DNA of 64,000 bases, from contig JAGOQU010000002.1 in the NCBI GenBank assembly GCA_018063165.1, forward strand, positions 77,471-141,470, given 5' to 3'. This DNA comes from Minisyncoccota bacterium (GTDB lineage Bacteria; Patescibacteriota; Minisyncoccia; Phycocordibacterales; UBA5272). Made by a program: the position numbers and the translations under genes. The notes under the pieces are model-generated. The model was not told where the DNA came from. It did no database searches and saw only the letters and a list, made by a program, of their open reading frames with translations. Below are positions 57,188-64,000 of this stretch, piece after piece (positions within the stretch are counted from its first letter, which is position 1; every line of letters starts with the position of its first letter).

Positions 57188-58189
57188 ATGAAAACTAATG
57201 TAGTTATTTCAAAAAATTTTTCTTCTCTTCGTGTTGGTGGTGAGTGTGAAATGGTGACTCTTACGAATGAAGATCAAATTCCTGAAATTATTGCTTATGC
57301 AAAAACTAAAAAATGTAGATTGTTCGTAATTGGTATGGGTACTAACACATTTTTTAATGACACAGTAAAAGATGTGTTACTAGTTAAAAATGAAATTAAG
57401 GGTATAGAGTTTGTACCTTTTGGTAATAGTGTACATGTTCGTGTAGGGGGTGGTGAAATTTTTGACGATGTTGTTACACTTTCTGTAGAAAAAGGATTTT
57501 GGGGTATCGAAAATTTATCATATATCCCCGGCACAGCAGGCGCTGCTCCTGTTCAAAATATAGGAGCATATGGCACTGAGTGTAAAGATGTATTTGTCTC
57601 TCTCAGAGCATATGATATACAAAATTCTTTATTCGTAGAATTTCTAAAAGATGATTGCGCTTTTGGTTATCGTGATTCTGTGTTTAAACGAGAAAGTGGC
57701 AGATATATTATTATATCTATTGTCATAGCTCTTTCGATCACCCCAAAACCCGTACTTACTTATAAGCCACTTGATACGCTTTTAGAAAAAAAAGATATCA
57801 CAGTTTCTGAAATTAGAGATTTAGTTATAAGAACAAGAATAGCAAAATTGCCTGATTGGCGTACATATCCAAATGCAGGTTCTTTTTTTAAAAATCCTGT
57901 AGTGTCTTCTGTGCAAGGCGAAACTTTGCGCGCCTCATACCCAGATATACCACTCATGGAACATGGTGATATGTATAAGATACCCACAGCATGGCTTATA
58001 GAACATGTAGCAGAAATGAAAGGAATGAGAATTGATAATCTTGGATTATGGCCCATGCAACCACTTGTTTTAGTTAATTATGGTAACGCAACCGCGGGAG
58101 AAGTTATTTCTTTTTCAAAACAAGTTATTGAACGTATACAAGAAAAAACTGGAATTGTTCTAGAAAGAGAAGTCTGTTTTGTTGCTTAG
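57188..58189 (+). CDS. murB: UDP-N-acetylenolpyruvoylglucosamine reductase
   Basis: 333 aa. FAD-binding PCMH region (LFVIGMGTNTFF) and a C-terminal MurB region (IPTAWLIEHV ... GMRIDNLGLWP). Confidence 0.75.
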   Translation: MKTNVVISKNFSSLRVGGECEMVTLTNEDQIPEIIAYAKTKKCRLFVIGMGTNTFFNDTVKDVLLVKNEIKGIEFVPFGNSVHVRVGGGEIFDDVVTLSVEKGFWGIENLSYIPGTAGAAPVQNIGAYGTECKDVFVSLRAYDIQNSLFVEFLKDDCAFGYRDSVFKRESGRYIIISIVIALSITPKPVLTYKPLDTLLEKKDITVSEIRDLVIRTRIAKLPDWRTYPNAGSFFKNPVVSSVQGETLRASYPDIPLMEHGDMYKIPTAWLIEHVAEMKGMRIDNLGLWPMQPLVLVNYGNATAGEVISFSKQVIERIQEKTGIVLEREVCFVA

Positions 58190-58282
58190 TGTACATATAT
58201 TGCATACTTTTATATTGTGTGGTATTGTAAAAGTATTGCACACGACGGTGCAAATCATATTTTGTGAGTAAAGGAGTTCTTT

Positions 58283-58708
58283 ATGGGTATTAAATTTGGT
58301 ATCGCGGTAGAAGCATATAGAAAAAAATTATTTATTTATTTGTCACAGGGTAAGGAGCATCATTGTTCTTTTGCTGAGATAAAGCTTGGTATTGGGAATG
58401 TTTTGTATACAGAATCGTATCTGCTGTATCCAGATGGTGTTGTTGGCGTTCTTTCTGTTAATAATTTTTTTCAATTTAAAGTTTGTAGAAAAATAACTAA
58501 CATATGGGTTCCAACTAAAACTCAAATGCAAGCTTTGCAAGGTACTCTTCTAGAAGAAAATATTATGTTTAGTGGTGAGTATCAAATAAAAGAAATGTCA
58601 GAAAGTGATTTGTTTCCACGTGCGGAACATACAACAGATGAGATGCGTTTCAAGAACCCTAAAGGTGCTTGGGATACAGTTGTTGCGAGATGTCTTTTTG
58701 GATCATAG
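58283..58708 (+). CDS. hypothetical protein
   Basis: 141 aa. No motif recognised. Confidence 0.35.
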   Translation: MGIKFGIAVEAYRKKLFIYLSQGKEHHCSFAEIKLGIGNVLYTESYLLYPDGVVGVLSVNNFFQFKVCRKITNIWVPTKTQMQALQGTLLEENIMFSGEYQIKEMSESDLFPRAEHTTDEMRFKNPKGAWDTVVARCLFGS

Positions 58709-58776
58709 GATGTATAAAGTGTTACACAATAGTTGTAACACTTTTTTATTGTCTATATATTTGTTAGGATGTACAT

Positions 58777-59469
58777 ATGGAAACATCTTACGGAATTCTT
58801 TATATTGTACCCACACCAATTGGTAATCTTGAAGATATAACTCTTAGAGCTATTCGAATTTTAAAAGAAGTAGATTTGGTTTTGTGTGAAGATACGTCAG
58901 TTACTCAAAAGCTTTTTAAACACTACGATATTACAACAAAGACAAGTCTTTTTTATGCACAAACAGGAATCAAGAATATTGAAAAAATATTAAATACTCT
59001 TTCTGAAGGAAAAAAAATTGCACTTGTTAGTGATGCTGGGACCCCTACTATTTCTGATCCTGGTGTTCTTTTGGTTGATAGAGTAAGAAAAGAATTAAAA
59101 GATGTTTCTGTTATATCTTTACCAGGTGCTTCTGCTCTTGTAACTGCTCTAGCTTCTTCTGGTATTTCATCAGCATCTTTTACGTTTTACGGTTTTTTAC
59201 CTCATAAAAAAGGAAGAGAAACATTATTCAAAATAATAGCAGAAAATAAATTCACGTCTGTTTTTTATGAATCTGTACATCGTATAGAAAAAACATTAGA
59301 AGCTTTATCAAAAATACTTTCTAATACTCGTCAGATTGTTATAGCTCGAGAATTAACAAAAATGCACGAAGAAGTAATTAGGGGTACATCAGAAGAAATA
59401 TCTCAGTATTTTAAAAACAATAAAGACCATATACGAGGAGAATTTGTTGTGATAGTGGAGGGGGTGTAG
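58777..59469 (+). CDS. rsmI: 16S rRNA (cytidine1402-2'-O)-methyltransferase RsmI
   Basis: LYIVPTPIGNLEDITLRAIRILKEVDLVLCEDT is the RsmI/tetrapyrrole-methylase-family N-terminal signature. Confidence 0.8.
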   Translation: METSYGILYIVPTPIGNLEDITLRAIRILKEVDLVLCEDTSVTQKLFKHYDITTKTSLFYAQTGIKNIEKILNTLSEGKKIALVSDAGTPTISDPGVLLVDRVRKELKDVSVISLPGASALVTALASSGISSASFTFYGFLPHKKGRETLFKIIAENKFTSVFYESVHRIEKTLEALSKILSNTRQIVIARELTKMHEEVIRGTSEEISQYFKNNKDHIRGEFVVIVEGV

Positions 59470-59558
59470 TTGACATAAGTAATCTGTGTTGTGTTATTCA
59501 TGTTTCAGTGACGCACTATAGTATTTTTTGAATTATATCTGCTATAATAGACACTATT

Positions 59559-59771
59559 ATGTCACCACTTGGAATTAAACGAACCGTTGCTTTTCTTCTT
59601 ATTTTTTCACCGTGGATTTTTGTACCCGATATAACTAAAGATATTTTTTTTATTTTTGCGGGTATATTTTTATTAATAAGTACTCTTGATTTACGTAAAA
59701 AAGTTATTATACATCCTGATCATCAAGAAACCGAAAGTTACCCTGTAAAAGACCATATTGTTAATTCATGA
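59559..59771 (+). CDS. hypothetical small membrane protein
   Basis: 70 aa, two hydrophobic segments. Overlaps the next gene's start by 4 nt. Confidence 0.3.
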   Translation: MSPLGIKRTVAFLLIFSPWIFVPDITKDIFFIFAGIFLLISTLDLRKKVIIHPDHQETESYPVKDHIVNS

Positions 59772-60958
59772 AACTAGCGATTGCTACCAGTCTTGTGTTT
59801 GGTGTACTTATTTTTTGGGTATTGTATAGCGGTCATAAACATGTTTCTTTTGTAAAAGAGTTCGGTAAAGAAGAATATGTAATAGATACTGGTGCTAGCG
59901 CTACTACAACTTTAGAGGGAGGTACTTCTTTGTCTTACGCTACAACAACAGCAACAACCACAAAAAGTATTACTCATATACAAACACCTGAACATGTAAA
60001 ATCTATTTATATGTCTTCTTGGGTAGCCGGAACACCATCGATACGTAATAAGCTTGTAAAGCTTATCGAAGATACAGAATTAAATGCAGTTGTGATAGAT
60101 GTAAAAGATAACACTGGGATTATTTCTTGGGATGGTCGTATCAGGGATCTTGAAGATTTTATAGAAGAATTACATAGTAAAAATATTTATGTTATTGCAC
60201 GTATTGCAGCTTTTCAGGATCCATTATATGTAAAAAGATTTCCAGAAGAGGCTGTGCGTTCAAAAAAAACAGGTGAAGTATGGAAAGATCATAAAGGTAT
60301 ACCGTGGGTAGATTCTGGTTCAAAAAAAATGTGGGAATATGTTGATTATCTATCTAAAGAAAGTTACAAAAGAGGTTTTGATGAAATTAATTTAGATTAT
60401 ATTCGTTTCCCTACCGATGGGGTGCTTTCTGATATGACGTTTCCTATAAGTGGGAAAAATGGAACTATTGTAAACAAGCCACAAATTATCGGTGATTTTT
60501 ATCACTATATAACAGATTCGCTTCGTAAAGAAGGTGTGCCTGTATCGGGTGATCTTTTTGGTATAGTAATGGTTACTAAAGTGGATATTGTTGTGTTAGG
60601 TCAAGACATGCATACAGCACTTGAAACATTTGATTATGTTGCTCCAATGATATACCCATCACACTTTTATGCAGGAACTGCAGGGTATCAAAAACCTGCT
60701 CTTCATCCTGGTGAAATCATAGATTATTCTATGAGGCTTGGTATAGCAATTGCAGATGAAGTTGCAAGTAGTACACAAGTAGCAACAAGTACTATACGAG
60801 CAAAATACAGACCATGGTATCAAGATTTTGATATGGGAGGAACATATACTGCAGACATGGTGAGGGCACAAATAGACGCTGGAGAAAAGCTTGGAATTAA
60901 TTCATGGATGTTATGGGATCCTGCTAATACATATACAAAAGAAGCGTTAAAAAAATAA
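59768..60958 (+). CDS. membrane-anchored secreted protein, putative TIM-barrel glycoside-hydrolase-like (GHL/DUF4015-type)
   Basis: N-terminal transmembrane helix and a Thr-rich linker. VVIDVKDNTGIISWDGRI ... IYVIARIAAFQD ... INLDYIRFP resembles predicted glycoside-hydrolase-like TIM-barrel families. Confidence 0.4.
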   Translation: MKLAIATSLVFGVLIFWVLYSGHKHVSFVKEFGKEEYVIDTGASATTTLEGGTSLSYATTTATTTKSITHIQTPEHVKSIYMSSWVAGTPSIRNKLVKLIEDTELNAVVIDVKDNTGIISWDGRIRDLEDFIEELHSKNIYVIARIAAFQDPLYVKRFPEEAVRSKKTGEVWKDHKGIPWVDSGSKKMWEYVDYLSKESYKRGFDEINLDYIRFPTDGVLSDMTFPISGKNGTIVNKPQIIGDFYHYITDSLRKEGVPVSGDLFGIVMVTKVDIVVLGQDMHTALETFDYVAPMIYPSHFYAGTAGYQKPALHPGEIIDYSMRLGIAIADEVASSTQVATSTIRAKYRPWYQDFDMGGTYTADMVRAQIDAGEKLGINSWMLWDPANTYTKEALKK

Positions 60959-61036
60959 TTAATACCGTGTATCTCTTACGTGTGATTTAGTGTTATTCTC
61001 TACCACCCTCTAGATAAAGGTTGTATACTGTGTAGT

Positions 61037-63019
61037 ATGTCAGATGGTGAACATCAAAAAATTACATATCTAGGAAAGATTGATTATCGTGATAAACAGG
61101 TAACTTTTGGTATTAAAGAAAACGACAGAACTAAGCATACCTATATCATAGGTAAATCAGGTATGGGTAAATCAACACTTCTTGAAAATTTAATTATTCA
61201 AGATATTACTGGTGGAGAAGGTGTATGTGTTATTGATCCTCATGGGGCATTAGCAGAAACAATACTTCATTATATTCCAGAATCTCGCATTAAAGATGTT
61301 GTTTATTTTGCTCCTTTTGATGGAGATTTTCCTATGGGTCTTAATATGCTAGAAAAAGTGTCAGCAGAAAAAAGATACTTGCTAGCAAATGGTATGATGT
61401 CTGCGTTTAAGAAAATTTTTACCGACGGTGATGGTAAGGGGACATTTTCTGCACGTATGGAATATGTTCTTAATAACATTATTCTTGCACTTCTTGAAAA
61501 TGAAGGTCAGACACTTCTCGGTGTTAACAGAATGCTTTTTGATAAAGAGTATAGAAAATTTATTGTGAGTAATGTAACAGACCCAACAGTAAAAGATTTT
61601 TGGGTAAATGAATATGCTAATTATACAGACAAAACTGCTCAAGAACTTGCTCCTTCAATACAAAATAAAATAGGTCAATTTGTGTCTAATCCACTTATTA
61701 GAAATATTATCGGTCAAAAGAAAACATCCTTTGATATACGAAAGATAATGGATGAGAAAAAGATTTTTATAGCTAATCTTTCAAAAGGGAAAGTTGGCGA
61801 AGGAAATGCAAATCTTCTTGGTTCTCTTCTTATTACAAAAATATATTTAGCTGCGATGTCACGCGCTGATGTTGACGTGTATGAAGCAAAGAATTTACCA
61901 CCGTGTTATTTTTATGTGGACGAGTTTCAAAACTTTGCCAATGAATCTTTTGCAAGTATTTTGTCAGAAGCTCGTAAGTATAAACTTGCTCTTACTGTTG
62001 CTCATCAATATATAGAACAAATGACAGATGAAGTGAGATCTGCTGTTTTTGGAAACGTTGGCACTATGATTACATTTCGCATTGGTGCAACAGATGCAGA
62101 GATTTTTGAAAAAGAATTTGCTCCTAAATTTGTCCTTGATGATTTTGTGAATCTTTCCGCATATCAAATTTATTTACGTCTTATGATTGACGGTCAGGGT
62201 TCACAACCATTTTCCGCTAGAACACTTCCGTCAACAGAAAGACCTGTACATTCGTATGAACAAGCTGTCATAGCTTATTCACGTTTAGAACATGCAAAGC
62301 AAAAGTTTTTGGTTGAGGATGAGATTATGGAATTTTATAAACCTGTACCAAAAGTAGAAAAAATAAAAACAGAGATACCTTCTCCTGATGTAAAGTTTTT
62401 AAAAGTGAATGAATATAAAAATGAACAACCTTCATATCCATCAAAACGTAATGACAGCTTTAAACGTTTTGATGCTAAGAAAAATAATGAGGAAAGAAGA
62501 TATCAGACATCTCCAATCACAAGATATGATTCTCCTGAAAGAAAAGATGAGAAGCAGAATATTGCTCATTCTTCTGTAGATACTGCACAAGCCGTTGTTG
62601 CTAATTCTGAGCCAACCACAGTTGTTCATAAAGAAAACAATATAGAAAAAAATAACAGAAGAGAAGAACAAAAATATATTCCTGAAATAGAAAAAAAAGA
62701 AATTAAAATTGAAAGTGTGTTTGATACAGTAAAACAACCTGTTTATAAAAAAGAATATGTTGACAAAACAGTAGAACAAAAACCTACTCCAGTTTTTGAC
62801 GATAAGCCAGCAATGTCTCTTAAAGAAGCTCTAGAAAAAGCACTTAAAGATCAAAAGCCAATAACAGAAAATGTGTACCAAAAGAAAGAGGTGACAGATC
62901 AAGAAGATATAAACAATGGTGAGGTAAAAGATAGAAAAATAAAAGAAGACATGCAAGTTTCTTTACCTAAGAAGAAAGAAGTACCAGAAGATGTTCTTCG
63001 AAAATTGATAGAAGAATAA
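61037..63019 (+). CDS. type IV secretion coupling-protein-like (TraG/TraD/VirD4 family) P-loop ATPase with K/E-rich C-terminal tail
   Basis: Walker A IIGKSGMGKST, DPHG, Walker B YFYVDEFQNF and ARKYKLALTVAHQYIEQM match the T4CP patterns (hhhhDE and the A.QS..QL sensor). No N-terminal transmembrane domain. The last 230 aa are low-complexity. Confidence 0.5.
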   Translation: MSDGEHQKITYLGKIDYRDKQVTFGIKENDRTKHTYIIGKSGMGKSTLLENLIIQDITGGEGVCVIDPHGALAETILHYIPESRIKDVVYFAPFDGDFPMGLNMLEKVSAEKRYLLANGMMSAFKKIFTDGDGKGTFSARMEYVLNNIILALLENEGQTLLGVNRMLFDKEYRKFIVSNVTDPTVKDFWVNEYANYTDKTAQELAPSIQNKIGQFVSNPLIRNIIGQKKTSFDIRKIMDEKKIFIANLSKGKVGEGNANLLGSLLITKIYLAAMSRADVDVYEAKNLPPCYFYVDEFQNFANESFASILSEARKYKLALTVAHQYIEQMTDEVRSAVFGNVGTMITFRIGATDAEIFEKEFAPKFVLDDFVNLSAYQIYLRLMIDGQGSQPFSARTLPSTERPVHSYEQAVIAYSRLEHAKQKFLVEDEIMEFYKPVPKVEKIKTEIPSPDVKFLKVNEYKNEQPSYPSKRNDSFKRFDAKKNNEERRYQTSPITRYDSPERKDEKQNIAHSSVDTAQAVVANSEPTTVVHKENNIEKNNRREEQKYIPEIEKKEIKIESVFDTVKQPVYKKEYVDKTVEQKPTPVFDDKPAMSLKEALEKALKDQKPITENVYQKKEVTDQEDINNGEVKDRKIKEDMQVSLPKKKEVPEDVLRKLIEE

Positions 63020-63039
63020 AATTCTTTTGTATGAAAAAA

Positions 63040-64000
63040 ATTCTCTTCATTATTACTTTGCTATTAAGCATGAATGGATATGGGGACATGCTTAGTATTA
63101 ATGAAATCATGTCTAATCCGGTTGGTGATGATAGTGGAAGAGAGTGGATAGAATTACATAATACCAGTTCGAGTACTGTTGACATTAGCACCCTTACTAT
63201 CTCAGTTAAAGGTGGTGCGTTCGTAGGTGTTGTTCCACTTTCTGGTGGTACGAGTATTGAACCTGACGGATATGCAATCATTGGATCTACTGTGAGTGGT
63301 GCTACAAAATTTTCTCAAGATTATTCTAGTTATAACGGTCCACTTTTTAGAAGTTCTGTGAGTCTTGTAAATACTGGTGTTACATCACTTGAGATAAGTT
63401 TACAGGGAGTTTCTCTAGATAAGATTTCTTCATATACGGCTGCAAAAGAGGGGTTTACTCTTTCTAAGGTAGATGGAGCTCTTGTATCTACCAATCCAAC
63501 ACCAGGAGCCAAAAATGAGCCTTTAGTAAACGATAACACCCAAGAGTCATCATCTGTATCAACTTCTAGTGTTACAACGTCTACACAAAGCATTATTTCA
63601 CAAGCATTTATTCCTACACCTGACATTGTCCTTTATATGGATTCAGAAAAAATTGCTGTCGCAGGAGCTGGTACTACTTTTTCACTTTTTGGTTTAACTA
63701 GATCAGGAAAATATATTGATAATATGCGTTATACATGGACTTTTGGAGACGGCGGACAAAGTACGGGTAGTAGTACAGAATATCATTATGCATATCCTGG
63801 TACATATATTGCAGTTGTTGAAGGTTCAAATGGAATTGTATATGGTCAAGGACGTATGCGAGTCAGAGTCGTAGCTCCAGATCTTGTAATACGAGGTATA
63901 CAAACAGGAAAATATGGTTCTTATGTTGATATAGAAAATCCTAACGAATACGATCTTGATCTCTCGGGATGGAGACTTGTAATTAATGGTGCTTCATACA
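63040..64000 (+). CDS. secreted lamin-tail-domain (LTD) protein with PKD-like domain, 3'-truncated by the window end
   Basis: Signal peptide. INEIMSNPVGDDSGREWIELHN matches the LTD signature. WTFGDGGQSTGSSTEYHYAYPGTYIAVVEG is a PKD-like motif, and a second LTD-like LDLSGWRLVINGAS lies at the window edge. Confidence 0.6.
   Translation, partial: MLFIITLLLSMNGYGDMLSINEIMSNPVGDDSGREWIELHNTSSSTVDISTLTISVKGGAFVGVVPLSGGTSIEPDGYAIIGSTVSGATKFSQDYSSYNGPLFRSSVSLVNTGVTSLEISLQGVSLDKISSYTAAKEGFTLSKVDGALVSTNPTPGAKNEPLVNDNTQESSSVSTSSVTTSTQSIISQAFIPTPDIVLYMDSEKIAVAGAGTTFSLFGLTRSGKYIDNMRYTWTFGDGGQSTGSSTEYHYAYPGTYIAVVEGSNGIVYGQGRMRVRVVAPDLVIRGIQTGKYGSYVDIENPNEYDLDLSGWRLVINGASY

Noticed and set aside
63330-63626. 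98 aa minus-strand ORF
   Set aside because: Antisense to the LTD/PKD surface-protein gene, whose frame is supported by clear domain motifs.

Overview
This 64 kb window is AT-rich bacterial DNA and is densely coding, almost entirely on the + strand. It mixes core informational genes with a few accessory patches. The core genes include secE-nusG-rplK, rpsF-ssb-rpsR, infC-rpmI-rplT, argS, ileS, metG, ftsH, murB, rsmI, smpB with tmRNA, and a tRNA-Ile(UAU).

A small-genome fermentative bacterium of the Candidate-Phyla-Radiation (Patescibacteria) type is an inference from gene content only. The evidence is the xfp-ackA pair, the absence of rplA-rplJ-rplL after rplK, lamin-tail-domain surface proteins, an O-antigen-ligase/TPR protein and a T4SS-coupling-protein-like ATPase.

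The observations most worth a second look are listed below.
- IleRS carries a complete phosphoglycerate-mutase-type histidine-phosphatase domain (RHG ... HGG) inside its catalytic core, between the editing domain and the KMSKS half.
- A 180 bp in-frame duplicate of the argS 3' end sits 1.2 kb downstream of argS and flanks an inserted peptidoglycan-binding protein gene. Substitutions between the two copies are mostly synonymous. This looks like an integration footprint.
- The ileS leader is highly structured: tandem hairpin repeats, a perfect 40 bp palindrome and a T-box-like GGUGGUACC motif.
- A PARP/Tpt1-fold ADP-ribosyltransferase-like protein sits beside two structured non-coding regions and an 83 bp repeat, directly 3' of the tmRNA gene. 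This may be an island at ssrA.
- A NOX-like flavocytochrome and a cytochrome b5 are followed by an ArsR, rhodanese, glutaredoxin, rhodanese-ferritin-like and DUF2892 sulfur/redox module.
- A contiguous dTTP-synthesis module (long-form dcd, dut, thyA, tmk-like) has a degenerate P-loop in the kinase.
- A RelE/ParE-like toxin with an AbrB/MazE-like antitoxin, and an orphan Lon-like AAA+ ATPase.

No CRISPR array, integrase or transposase was recognised.
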